A model generated the notes under the pieces. That model was not told where the DNA came from, searched no databases, and worked only from the letters and a program-made list of their open reading frames with translations. Both the position numbers and the translations under genes were made by a program. Source: Gammaproteobacteria bacterium (GTDB lineage: Bacteria > Pseudomonadota > Gammaproteobacteria > SZUA-229). Taken from it: a stretch of DNA of 64,000 bases. The stretch is taken from contig JAUVDT010000001.1 in the NCBI GenBank assembly GCA_030595185.1, positions 491 to 64,490 on the forward strand. Direction: 5' to 3'. Positions 8,988 to 18,768 of the stretch are shown here, one piece after another; positions within the stretch are counted from its first letter, which is position 1; every line of letters begins with the position of its first letter.

Positions 8988-9428
8988 ATGAAATATAAAT
9001 TTATTACGATAGCAATCGCTCTATTCATTTTTGTTCCGAACCTTGTCAATGCAGAACAAGCAAAAGGGTTAAATGTGTTAATAAACTCTGCTAATGGACA
9101 GACACAAGCAATGGCGATGGTTATATCTCTAATGAGCATTAAACAACACAAAAAAGAGGTAAACATAGTTTTGTGTGGTGCTGCAGGGGATTTGGCTGAC
9201 AAGAATGTTAAAGGTGTGCCTATAAAAAGACCTAATGGAAAGTCCCCATCAGCAAAGCAGCACCTAAAAATATTAATTAAACTGGGAGCAAAGGTTAAAG
9301 TTTGTCCATTGTATTTGCCAAACTCTGGAAAAGATAAATCAATCCTATTGGATGGGATTACTATTGCAAAGCCGCCTATTGTTGCAGGACAACTTTTAAA
9401 CAGTGATTATAAAAATATAGCTTTCTAA
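8988..9428 (+). CDS. Secreted hypothetical protein with a possible DsrE/DsrF (YchN)-like fold
   Basis: Signal peptide FIFVPNLVNA. Segments LNVLINSANGQTQAMAMVISLMS...VNIVLCGAAGDL...GAKVKVCPLYL resemble the DsrE-family pattern. The assignment is weak. Confidence 0.3.
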   Translation: MKYKFITIAIALFIFVPNLVNAEQAKGLNVLINSANGQTQAMAMVISLMSIKQHKKEVNIVLCGAAGDLADKNVKGVPIKRPNGKSPSAKQHLKILIKLGAKVKVCPLYLPNSGKDKSILLDGITIAKPPIVAGQLLNSDYKNIAF

Positions 9429-9699
9429 TTACCGTTTTAATAAAACAAATTAAGTAGGGTCAGAACATAGATTTTGCTAATATTTGGTGTTGTTAATATA
9501 AAGTCTGATGTTACATTCATAATAATTCACATGGAGGTGAGTTATGTCTGGAAAACCGCGATTTGAATCAAAGGAGTCAGAGCCCTTTTTATATTAACTA
9601 CGTATTCTTATATCATCTCAATTTCCACAAATCAAAAATTTATAAAATGATATAATCTCCCTCTTATTTTCGACAGACCGATAACGAGGAAAAAATTAG

Positions 9700-11172
9700 A
9701 TGTACGCAGGTTTAGACTTTGGCACTTCAAATTGTTTGATTGGCGTATGGAAGAACAATGAACCACTTCTTCTTCCGCTTGAAGGACAAAGCACTCGATT
9801 ACCTTCTGCCTTGTACACATCCCACCAAAGTGTCACTATCAAAAAAATTAACCAGGTCGAGTTACAAACGCGAATCGCTGCCGCAAAAAAACGACATAAT
9901 GTTGAGTTGAAAACGGCTAAAGCAGAAGATAGATCTATTAAAGTCTTCTCTGATGCCAAACTCGAAAATTATGAGCGCGGCATTATGCGTCGAGAGATCG
10001 AACAGCGTTTGAAAGACCAGAATAACAAACCGTTTCTGAACTCGTCGGTGAATGAGGCGTTATATTCAGATAGTGAGTTTGCATTCGGGGAAGCCGCTAT
10101 ACTTAGTCACATTGAGGACTCTCAAAGCGGTTACTTTGTTAAGTCTCCCAAGTCTTTTTTGGGCGCTGATATTAGCAATAATCACATTGAGTTGTTTTCG
10201 GAAATCATTACCAGAATGATGGCTCACATTAAAAACAATGCAGAAAACAGTACTCAATCGGAAATCGAAAATATTGTTCTTGGGCGGCCAGTCAACTTTC
10301 ATGGCACACGCGGTGAAGTAGGCAATAGACAGGCGCTTAATATTATTGAACGATCTGCCATTGCTGCAGGGTTTAAAAATATTGAATTTCAGATGGAGCC
10401 AATGGCAGCGGCACTTGATTTTGAGCGTAGCCTTTCTGAAGATCTTACCGTACTTGTGTTTGATGCTGGTGGTGGTACAACGGATTGCTCAATGGTTAAG
10501 CTGGGCCCATCCTATATCCAGTCGAGTGATAGAACAGACTCTATACTCGGCCATAGCGGAGATCGAATTGGCGGTACCGATCTCGATATAAAATTGGCTT
10601 TAAAAAATATTATGCCCCACTTTGGTAAAGACTCTCTGCTGGAAAATGGCTTGCCTATACCAGGCACATTGTTCAGGAATGCTGTCACCATCAATGATGT
10701 GAATGTACAGTCAGAGTTTTTATCTCCCCGAACGCAACGCGAAATTATTTCTTATCTTGCACAAGTAAAAGATAAGCATAAATTTCAACGCTTCCAGAAA
10801 CTTCAGAAAGAACGCTTAATACTTCAACTTAATCGAAGTGCCGAACTGGCTAAAATTAATTTATCAGAACAAGATTCTATCAAGCTTCCACTTGACTATA
10901 TTGAAAAGGATTTTGTTATTCCTGTATCTCGCAATGACTTACGTGAATCGATAGAGCGTGAACTTAAGGCGTTTGTATCTTTGATGAAAGAAGTAGAAGT
11001 TCAGGCTGGGACAAAGCCTGATCTTATCTATGTAACAGGTGGTACCGCTAAATCGCCGGTAATAGAGGACTGGATACGCTCTCACTATGGCGATATAGAT
11101 ATAGTAATCGGTGATGCATTCGGTAGTGTTGTGTCTGGTCTTACCACATGGGCTCATCGAATATATCGATAA
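9700..11172 (+). CDS. Hsp70-family (actin-like ATPase) protein, YegD-like
   Basis: N-terminal phosphate-1 motif MYAGLDFGTSNCLIGVW. Later motifs DAGGGTTDCSM and VTGGTAKSPVIEDW are typical of Hsp70/YegD-like ATPases. No substrate-binding domain. Confidence 0.6.
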   Translation: MYAGLDFGTSNCLIGVWKNNEPLLLPLEGQSTRLPSALYTSHQSVTIKKINQVELQTRIAAAKKRHNVELKTAKAEDRSIKVFSDAKLENYERGIMRREIEQRLKDQNNKPFLNSSVNEALYSDSEFAFGEAAILSHIEDSQSGYFVKSPKSFLGADISNNHIELFSEIITRMMAHIKNNAENSTQSEIENIVLGRPVNFHGTRGEVGNRQALNIIERSAIAAGFKNIEFQMEPMAAALDFERSLSEDLTVLVFDAGGGTTDCSMVKLGPSYIQSSDRTDSILGHSGDRIGGTDLDIKLALKNIMPHFGKDSLLENGLPIPGTLFRNAVTINDVNVQSEFLSPRTQREIISYLAQVKDKHKFQRFQKLQKERLILQLNRSAELAKINLSEQDSIKLPLDYIEKDFVIPVSRNDLRESIERELKAFVSLMKEVEVQAGTKPDLIYVTGGTAKSPVIEDWIRSHYGDIDIVIGDAFGSVVSGLTTWAHRIYR

Positions 11173-11409
11173 AAATTAAAAGAAAAATAATTGGGGTAGG
11201 CTAGTCTGTCTCCGGTTAATCTTTACGTAATTGTAGCTCTTTAATAACCTTACTTTTATAGTCATTTTACTCCTAACAGTGTGTAAAAAAAACTGACGAA
11301 AGTTTAAATTAAATCCCTTAACTTAGTATATACTGCTGCATGCAAATAGGTTGAGGCGTTAGTGTTGCTAAGCCTTATTTCTGATTATTTAGATAACTAA
11401 GTTGGACTA

Positions 11410-12246
11410 ATGAAGTATTCAAAACTCTTAATAAAACCATTCCTTTCTAGTATTTTAATTTTTACATTAAGTATTGGAGCGGCTTCAGCTGAATACCTTT
11501 TTACGGCGCCACCACGTGAGTCGGCTGAAAAAGGTAAAGCAACATATGGCCAGTTAGTGGCCGAATTAAGTCGTATTGTTGGAACCGAAGTGAAATATGA
11601 GCATCCTGGTAATTGGATGGCATATAAGAAGAAGGTGAAGTCTGGTGAATATGACTTTATTTTTGATGGTCCACACTTTGTTGCATGGCGACTTAACAAT
11701 CTTGATGTTAATACTTCAGTAAAATTGCCAGGTGTGTTGTCGTTTGTATTGGTAACCAATAAAACTAATTTTAATATTCAAAAAAAAGATGATCTCATAG
11801 CGCGAAAGGTATGTGTTTTGCCATCTCCACACTTAGGGACACTAAGCGCTTATTCTATGTTTCCAAATCAAGTACGACAGCCAAGATTTGTGACAAATAA
11901 AGGTGGTTTTAAAGAAATGATGATTAAGTTTAAGGCTGGAAAATGTGAAGCGGCTATTTTACGTGATACTTATTTCAAAAATAAAGTGAATGAAAATACC
12001 CGTCAAGGTTTAAAAGTATTAGCAAAAAGCAAAGCAATGACTAATCAAGGTATTACTATTAGCAGACGTATTGATGCTAATACACAACAAAAAATTATTA
12101 GTTTTTTGACGAGTGAAAAAGGCCGTGTGGCTGCTAAAAGTTTATTTCATCGTTTTAGCAAGAAAAAAGCGTATTTTGTTGAAACAACACAAGGTGATTA
12201 TAAAGGGCAAAATCTATTAGTTGATAATATGATTTTTGGCTGGTAA
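11410..12246 (+). CDS. Periplasmic solute-binding protein (PhnD/SsuA-like type-2 fold)
   Basis: Signal peptide. GEYDFIFDGPHFVAWRL resembles the PhnD-family motif. Size 278 aa. No adjacent ABC permease or ATPase, so it could be a sensor partner. Confidence 0.35.
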   Translation: MKYSKLLIKPFLSSILIFTLSIGAASAEYLFTAPPRESAEKGKATYGQLVAELSRIVGTEVKYEHPGNWMAYKKKVKSGEYDFIFDGPHFVAWRLNNLDVNTSVKLPGVLSFVLVTNKTNFNIQKKDDLIARKVCVLPSPHLGTLSAYSMFPNQVRQPRFVTNKGGFKEMMIKFKAGKCEAAILRDTYFKNKVNENTRQGLKVLAKSKAMTNQGITISRRIDANTQQKIISFLTSEKGRVAAKSLFHRFSKKKAYFVETTQGDYKGQNLLVDNMIFGW

Positions 12247-12420
12247 GAAAGTATAGAATAGTAAAATAGGATTTGACTTGATTTAATTTATTTAAGGGCT
12301 GAAAAATGATCAATCTAAGCTACTTTATATAGTTATAGATATGTGTGTGAATGAGAGAGCAGGGTCGTGAGAATGGTGGCGCTATAATTTATAGCCGTGT
12401 TATCAGTAGTTGCCGCCATA

Positions 12421-12457
12421 AAAAAGCCTCATAGTGATAACACTATGAGGCTTTAAT
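12421..12457 (-). terminator. Rho-independent terminator for the minus-strand gene ending at 12476
   Basis: Minus strand reads gcctcatagtg-ttatc-actatgaggc followed by tttttat. Confidence 0.7.
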
Positions 12458-12475
12458 ACTGCAAAAAGATTAAAC

Positions 12476-13093
12476 TTATGGTTGAATAAGTATATAACCC
12501 TGGCTAACTAAATCTGGCATTGCAGCAACACCTGAAGTTACAAATTCAACACCAGGAATAATTTCAGAAGTAGCATCGCCTGAAGAGATGAAACCTTTTT
12601 TGGTCAGACCACGAACAGTGTTCTGGCAGAAATAAAATTTAACACCTTTATCCATCAATGCTTTAACCTGACCTTCAAACTGGTTGCCATTACGACTTTG
12701 CTTGATAAGCTGATGACCACCACCACTGGTTACAACAGCAGCAATTTCATAATCACGACCCTGTTTCATTCCGTAGTTAATTTCATAATCTTTAATAGCA
12801 TTATTGATGTTTTTCAATGCATAAGGACGCTTGATTGAACAGTCATTGTTCGAAACGCTATCACGACAAAATTTGTTTATCTGGTAAACAACTTTTACTT
12901 TAGTACGTTTTTTGATGCAGTTGGTAATCGCACTTGCACCTTCGCCAAACTCGGCATCAAAACTCATACCGCCAACATTATTAATACACTCATTGTTTGT
13001 AATGCTTTCTTGATTATCAGATGCGCTTGCCATGTTTGAAGCGGCTAATAATAAAAGGCCAAGTGTTGAAATTAAATTTTTAGTTTTTAACAT
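12476..13093 (-). CDS. Secreted DsrE/DsrF-like family protein (second copy)
   Basis: Start chosen at the second ATG, which is preceded by gagg. Signal peptide LLLLAASNMASA. EIAAVVTSGGGHQL...GVKFYFCQNTVRGL resembles the DsrE/YchN sulfur-relay fold. Confidence 0.35.
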   Translation of the reverse strand: MLKTKNLISTLGLLLLAASNMASASDNQESITNNECINNVGGMSFDAEFGEGASAITNCIKKRTKVKVVYQINKFCRDSVSNNDCSIKRPYALKNINNAIKDYEINYGMKQGRDYEIAAVVTSGGGHQLIKQSRNGNQFEGQVKALMDKGVKFYFCQNTVRGLTKKGFISSGDATSEIIPGVEFVTSGVAAMPDLVSQGYILIQP

Positions 13094-13390
13094 TTTATTC
13101 CTCATTTATAGTTGTTGCTGTATATGATTAATAAGTTCAGGAGCAGTTTATATGAGCCTGAATTATAATCGTATACGGCTTTTTTTTTGAGCGTTAGAAG
13201 TTTACATAATAAAGAACTTGCTATCTATATATAAAAAATAAAAAAAGTTAAAAATTATATTAATCTTACAAGCTGTAACTAAATTGAAATAAGCGGTATA
13301 ATTTTTTAATGTAATGTATGTTTTATGTACAGTCTAAAAAGTTTTTTATAAGAGGGAGGCAATAAAATGTAATGGGAGATTAAAATTTAT

Positions 13391-13455
13391 CAGGACAATA
13401 ATAGGACAAATAAATAATAAGGGACAATAATGGGACAAATAAATAATAAGGGATA
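13391..13455. repeat. 31-bp tandem repeat x2 in a 780-bp AT-rich intergenic region
   Basis: ggacaataataggacaaataaataataag / ggacaataatgggacaaataaataataag. Confidence 0.8.
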
Positions 13456-13580
13456 GATTGAACTGAACCTCCCCCAATTTAACGGATACTTTTAATCAAT
13501 AAAGCTTTCGCCCTAACCGTTAAATACTGAACAAACCACTTATTGGGAAACTAAAATTGATTTAAACTATTAGATGGTTA

Positions 13581-13665
13581 AAGCCATTTGTGGTCAGAGT
13601 AAAAAATATTAAATTTTTACGTATGAGGTGGAGATGTATTTTTACTCTGACCCTAAATATCCAAA
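13581..13665. repeat. Palindromic ~85-bp repeat, copy A (GGTCAGAGTAAAAA...TTTTTACTCTGACC hairpin)
   Basis: aaagccatttgtggtcagagtaaaaaatattaaatttttacgtatgaggtggagatgtatttttactctgaccctaaatatcc. Direct copy of the element at 16254-16340. Confidence 0.75.
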
Positions 13666-13882
13666 AAATATAGCTTTTGATAGATTATTATAGTGCTATA
13701 CCATGAATTAAGATGGAAGCATTAAAACAAGTATTAGTTATATAAACATAAAAAGCCAACACATTTAGTGCGAGATTAAGCTAAAAAATAGTTTACTACC
13801 TGAGCGACTGGGGACGCAGATATTATTTCTGATCTACCTGATACTTTTCACTTCTCTCTATGAACGACTCAGCACATTAAAA

Positions 13883-16105
13883 TTATTTTGAAAGCCAAAA
13901 AGAAATTTTTTTCTGTAATTCTTCAATAACAACCGGTTTTGAGAGATAGTCGTCCATGCCAGATTCAAGGCAACGTTCCCGATCACCACTCATTGCATTC
14001 GCTGTCATTGCCAGGATGGGGTGTCGTTCACCCTTAAGTTTTTCAATTTCTCGGATTTTTTGAGTGGCCTTATAGCCATTCATTACCGGCATCTGAACAT
14101 CCATAAAAATCAGATCAAATGTATTGTTTTTCACACTATCAACAGCTTCCAGTCCATTGTTGGCGATAGTTACATTAAATCCCATTTCGCTGAGTATTTG
14201 TTCAGCAAGTGCCTGAGTAACAATATTATCTTCGACCAGTAGTACGCTTTTGTCTTCAAAGGTAATCAGATTGATACTGCTATCACGTGTTTCATTTTTA
14301 GGAGATGTATCATTTTTAATATTTTTAGTAAATAACTCATCTACAGAATCAATTAAGTCAGTCAGTTTTACGGGTAAAGCAATACACTGATCGAGGTGAC
14401 TCTTTTTATGATTTATCATTTTTTCGTTTGCATTGCTCGAAAGCAGGCAAACAGGTGTAGAATCAAGAAGATTGAGAGACGAGAGCAAATGAGGGATATC
14501 AAGTGATTCGTTATGTTCCAAAAGGGCTATTAGTGTATATTCTGTTTTCTGTTCACGTGCGGCCTCAATAAGATGCCTGGCATCAGTTTCACCGAGTGCA
14601 GAGTCACAGCCTGCACCCCAGTATTTTAGATAACGATTGAAAGAGAATTCTGTCGAGTTTTCACCTATCAGTAATACGCGCTGTCCGTTCAGATTAATCT
14701 CTTTATTACTCTGATTTACAGTAACCAAAGGAAGCTTAAACCAGAAAGTAGTACCTGAGTCTGGCTGACTTTCTACCCCAATGCTTCCACCCATTGCCCT
14801 GACCAGATTCTCACTAATGGTTAATCCAAGCCCTGTTCCACCAAATTGCCTGGTGGTCGAATCATCAGCCTGAACAAAGGGTTTAAATATCTCCGCCTGA
14901 ATCTCCTGTGAAATACCGATACCTGCATCATGAACTTCAAACAAGTACTGACCAGAAGCATCTAAAGATACATTAAGGGCGACCTGGCCTTCACTAGTAA
15001 ACTTGATTGCATTACTTAAAAGGTTAATGAGTATCTGCCGTACTCTATAAGAGTCACCTACCACATATCGAGGGATCGCTGGGTCGATGAAAACCTCAAA
15101 ATCGAGAGACTTACTGTATGCAGAAGGAGCCAGTATCGTTATGAGTTCATCAATATTTTTAAACAGATCAAATTCAATCTGTTCCAGATTAAGGTGGCCT
15201 TCTTCAATCTTTGAAAGATCAAGTATTTCATTGATTAATTCGAGAAGATGGATGCCGGCATTATTGATGGAAGATATCTGTATTCGTTTATCTTCGGGGA
15301 GGCTTGCATCGTGTTCTAATATTTGAGCATAACCAAGTATCACATTCATCGGGGTGCGAAGCTCATGACTCATAATGGCAAGAAACCTTGATTTAGCCTG
15401 GTTAGCTTTCTCAAGTGCTTCCGCCTGAATTTCGAGATTTTTAGTATTGATTAAGGCTGTCCAATATTCACCATTTGAACGAAAAACCTGAAAGAATAAA
15501 AAGATAAAATAAACCAAAAAACCGAATGAGAGCCCAAGCGCAATATCATTATCCTGAAGAGTCATAAGAATAAAAATAGGAGGACTTAAAAGTATAAGAA
15601 GGTAAAGCTGAGTTATTCTTTTCCAGATAAAGGCTGACACTGCGGCTCCAGAAGCAATTCCAGTAGAAAATAGCAGGAAAACAAGTGTGATATTGCTAAT
15701 ACCATATTGAATGAGACTCAACGCACTAAAGGCACCCCAGCATATAGCTGTAAGTATAATGATAACCGAATTAAAGACTTCCCATCGTAGCAGCGTATTG
15801 ACAGACAGCTTGCTAACCGCCATCAGCACAAAACCATGCAAAACAATACAAATAAATGAAATAGAGAGTATTGTGTAATAGAGAAAAGGAGCATCGGTTG
15901 AAATGTTGGAGATCAGGCCAGAAATACTGAGAAGAATAAAAATAATTGCGTAACCGGGAGATGTACGTTTGGTGAAATCTTTAGCTGCCTGCAGGCTTAA
16001 AGACAGGATTGTTTTTTGATCAAGCTTTTGTAGCTTTGGATCATTATAACCATTGATCAACCTGCTTATTATCACAGCCACTCCAGACTTTAAATATTTG
16101 CGCAA
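13883..16105 (-). CDS. Hybrid sensor histidine kinase (multi-TM sensor domain, HisKA, HATPase, C-terminal receiver)
   Basis: About 7 predicted TM helices in the N-terminal 230 aa. H-box MSHELRTPMNVILGY. G-boxes GTGLGLTISENLVRAMGG. C-terminal REC with LLVEDNIVTQ...DLIFMDVQMP. Confidence 0.85.
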   Translation of the reverse strand: MRKYLKSGVAVIISRLINGYNDPKLQKLDQKTILSLSLQAAKDFTKRTSPGYAIIFILLSISGLISNISTDAPFLYYTILSISFICIVLHGFVLMAVSKLSVNTLLRWEVFNSVIIILTAICWGAFSALSLIQYGISNITLVFLLFSTGIASGAAVSAFIWKRITQLYLLILLSPPIFILMTLQDNDIALGLSFGFLVYFIFLFFQVFRSNGEYWTALINTKNLEIQAEALEKANQAKSRFLAIMSHELRTPMNVILGYAQILEHDASLPEDKRIQISSINNAGIHLLELINEILDLSKIEEGHLNLEQIEFDLFKNIDELITILAPSAYSKSLDFEVFIDPAIPRYVVGDSYRVRQILINLLSNAIKFTSEGQVALNVSLDASGQYLFEVHDAGIGISQEIQAEIFKPFVQADDSTTRQFGGTGLGLTISENLVRAMGGSIGVESQPDSGTTFWFKLPLVTVNQSNKEINLNGQRVLLIGENSTEFSFNRYLKYWGAGCDSALGETDARHLIEAAREQKTEYTLIALLEHNESLDIPHLLSSLNLLDSTPVCLLSSNANEKMINHKKSHLDQCIALPVKLTDLIDSVDELFTKNIKNDTSPKNETRDSSINLITFEDKSVLLVEDNIVTQALAEQILSEMGFNVTIANNGLEAVDSVKNNTFDLIFMDVQMPVMNGYKATQKIREIEKLKGERHPILAMTANAMSGDRERCLESGMDDYLSKPVVIEELQKKISFWLSK

Positions 16106-16253
16106 TACTTATACCCAATCTTAGTTCATTTTATATTAATTTTCATTGGAAATAACCGGGAATAAAGTCGGTATTTTGTAAGATTGACTTACCAGCTTTG
16201 TAGCTGTCAATAATGTTGACACATATTTAGATTTAGACCAGAAACCCTTCTCA

Positions 16254-16340
16254 AAACCATTTGGGGGCCAGAGTAAAAAATATAAAGTTTTGTACGTGTG
16301 AGATGCCATGAGTTTTTACTCTGACCCCAAATACCTACAG
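16254..16340. repeat. Palindromic ~85-bp repeat, copy B
   Basis: aaaaccatttgggggccagagtaaaaaatataaagttttgtacgtgtgagatgccatgagtttttactctgaccccaaatacc, in the same orientation as copy A. It ends 18 bp before the umuC-fragment ORF. Confidence 0.75.
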
Positions 16341-16357
16341 ATATTAAACAGACTGTT

Positions 16358-16759
16358 ATGAAGTACTTAGGATTATCAATAGCTGTTGGGATAGCAAGTA
16401 CAAAGACATTAGCAAAAGCATCTAATAATATTGCAAAGAAGAATCATGACCTTAAGTATGTGCTTGCCCTATCGGTATTATCTGTAACTGATCAAGAAAA
16501 GTTTTTATCACGTATGGATGTATCTGATGTTTGGGTAGTTAGTCGTCAATGGTCTAAACGATTAAAGTCTAATGAAATTAACATTGCTTTGGATTTAAAA
16601 CGTATTCCACCTAAGAGAATTCGCAAATATTTTAACGTCGTACTTGAAAGAAGGGTACTCGAACTCAATGATGTTCCTTACCAAAATTTAGTTAGCACTA
16701 CGCTTATCTATCCTAGCGATAATACAAGCTATCTAATAGATCGTGGCAAGCATGCTTAA
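16358..16759 (+). pseudogene. umuC: Internal fragment of the translesion DNA polymerase V subunit UmuC (N- and C-terminal parts missing)
   Basis: LGLSIAVGIASTKTLAKASNNIAKK...VSDVWVVSRQWSKRLKSNEINIALDL...IRKYFNVVLERRVLEL matches UmuC residues ~150-270 (SVGIAQTKTLAKLANHAAKK...VWGIGRRISKKL...IRKHFNVVLERTVREL). There is no upstream polymerase core and no umuD. Confidence 0.7.
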
Positions 16760-17066
16760 AACAAATCTGGCGTAGTGAATGCGAATACAAAAAAAGCATG
16801 GGTAATGATTTTAGATTTTAATAAATGAGGAGCTATTCAATACGATTTGTTTGCACAGAATAAATGTGGTCAGATTCTATTGACCCATAATTAGTAGATT
16901 TAATAATTAGAAAAACTTATCAGTAATATTATTTAGTTATTAAAAGAAGTGCTAAGCGTTTTTTGCATCTCTACAATCGAAGCGTTAAGATATTAACTAT
17001 GTGATTGGTGATAAATGACAAATATTCCTAAAAGGACTTACTATAATTGGAAAAGGGGAGGTTGGA

Positions 17067-17276
17067 ATGCAAGAGAATAAACCACAATTAGAATCCCTCG
17101 GTTTGTACCGGCGCTATAAAAGGCTGCCCACCAGTAAAAAAGTTATTCTAATCGTATTCCTTATTTGGTTGATACAGGCTTTGCCCAAGTGGTCTGTCGC
17201 CATCATGGCTGATGATGAAACGTCTGCCAAAATTATGCGCTTTTTTTATACACCGAGAGCGGATATAGAGCGATGA
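17067..17276 (+). CDS. Small hypothetical membrane protein (69 aa)
   Basis: One predicted TM segment (ILIVFLIWLIQAL). RBS ggggagg precedes the ATG. Confidence 0.3.
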   Translation: MQENKPQLESLGLYRRYKRLPTSKKVILIVFLIWLIQALPKWSVAIMADDETSAKIMRFFYTPRADIER

Positions 17277-17370
17277 CAAAAATCAATGAGGTGGACTTGA
17301 TTAATTCATCGAAAAGTAAAGCATTAAAGGTAACGTTTAGTATTTTAGTAATATATAAAAAGGAGTTGTT

Positions 17371-17598
17371 ATGAAAAAATTAATTGAATGGGCTGAAGAG
17401 GATGTTGCAAGGGCCAGGAAACTGATGTTATTTAGTACTGTTTTCACCTACTTGTTAATTACAATTGCTGTGTTTGTGATGATTGTATTGGGATACTCAA
17501 TTGAAGGGTTTCAGGCATACTATTTTTCATTTTCATCAGTTGCTGCTGTAGCGATAGGTTTTTATACTGGTACGACGGCTAAAAGAAAAGATGAATAA
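17371..17598 (+). CDS. Small hypothetical two-TM membrane protein (75 aa)
   Basis: RBS aaaggag 7 nt before the ATG. Two hydrophobic helices. Followed by the hairpin at 17604. Confidence 0.4.
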   Translation: MKKLIEWAEEDVARARKLMLFSTVFTYLLITIAVFVMIVLGYSIEGFQAYYFSFSSVAAVAIGFYTGTTAKRKDE

Positions 17599-17603
17599 TA
17601 AAA

Positions 17604-17655
17604 GGGATCGGTGACAAATTAGAGCCATTAGTATTAACGTTTGTCACCGGTCTCT
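17604..17655 (+). terminator. REP-like hairpin / terminator (ggtgacaaa family)
   Basis: agggatcggtgacaaattag...aacgtttgtcaccggtctcttt: a ~10-bp stem followed by a T-rich tail. Related hairpins at 245-300, 19473-19505 and 25265-25290. Confidence 0.5.
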
Positions 17656-17872
17656 TTAAATTATTATTCACATTTGTGGAAATACGTCACACGAATGTAA
17701 CAATAACTACATAATAGTGTCATAAATAACATCTACCCTGTGTATCAGTTTCAATAGTAATGTTGATTGAAGTTGATGCCATGTTCAAAGTTTAGTTTCA
17801 TAAGACGCGTAATTGGCAAACCTTTCATTGACACTGGTACATCTCGGTGCGTTTAAAAAGGGTTGTTAATTT

Positions 17873-18763
17873 ATGAGTGCAATGGAACCAAATCTAAATT
17901 TTTTCGACAAATTACCATTTCATCCCTTTCCTGAGTGGATGAATGATCCCGTCTGTGAAGAACCTCATACCCATTGCACAGATCGCACCCACCATCGAAG
18001 TATCTGGATATCTGATGTGCATCTCGGCACATCAGGTGCCAAAGCTGAATTGCTATGCGACTTCCTTAAATATAATAGTTGCGACACGCTTTATCTGGTT
18101 GGCGATATTATTGATGGCTGGCGTATGAAGACACGCGCCTACTGGCCGCAGGAGCATGTCAATCTGATACGACGCATCTTGACCTGCGCCAAGAAGGGAA
18201 CCAAGATAGTCTATATTACTGGCAACCACGATGAGTTTCTGCGCCGATACTCAGGTATGTCATTCGGTAATATCCATCTCGTTGATGAATACATCCATCA
18301 TTCCCCTAATGGCAAAAAGTATTGGGTTGTGCATGGTGATGCGTTTGATGCCGTGGTCTTCAATAAGAAGTGGCTGGTGGTTATTGGTGATGTCGCTTAT
18401 GACTCCTTGCTTAAGGTTAATGTCTGGTTTAACCGTGCGCGTAATACTCTGGGGATGGGGTACTGGTCACTTTCATCTTATCTGAAGAATAAGGTAAGAA
18501 ATGCATTCAGTATCATTTCAAATTATGAAGCAATATTAGTGCGTGAGTGTAGGAAGCGTGATTTAAATGGTGTGATTTGTGGTCATATTCACCATCCTGA
18601 CGTGAAAGAAATTGATGGCATTCAGTATGCTAACTGTGGTGACTGGGTGGAATCCTGCAGTGCTTTGGTTGAAGATAAAGAAGGCAATTTGGAAATAATT
18701 AAGTGGCAGAAATCGACACTGAGCAGTGTACCGGAACGTAGCATGGAATCCGAAATGGCATAG
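17873..18763 (+). CDS. Calcineurin-like metallophosphoesterase, LpxH-like family
   Basis: Metal-ligand motifs in the canonical order: ISDVHLG, LYLVGDIIDGW, GNHDEF, VHGDAFD, GHIHHP, GDW. Cys/His-rich N-terminal extension (CEEPHTHCTDRTHH). Confidence 0.6.
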   Translation: MSAMEPNLNFFDKLPFHPFPEWMNDPVCEEPHTHCTDRTHHRSIWISDVHLGTSGAKAELLCDFLKYNSCDTLYLVGDIIDGWRMKTRAYWPQEHVNLIRRILTCAKKGTKIVYITGNHDEFLRRYSGMSFGNIHLVDEYIHHSPNGKKYWVVHGDAFDAVVFNKKWLVVIGDVAYDSLLKVNVWFNRARNTLGMGYWSLSSYLKNKVRNAFSIISNYEAILVRECRKRDLNGVICGHIHHPDVKEIDGIQYANCGDWVESCSALVEDKEGNLEIIKWQKSTLSSVPERSMESEMA

Positions 18764-18768
18764 GTCTA

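Noticed and set aside
9456-9480. gggtcagaacatagattttgc as another GTCAGA-family element
   Set aside because: It has only a single arm with no inverted partner, so it is probably a chance match.
11410-12246. phn operon (PhnD-like binding protein with phnA)
   Set aside because: phnA is 11 kb away on the other strand, and no phnCE transporter or C-P lyase genes are present, so there is no phosphonate operon here.
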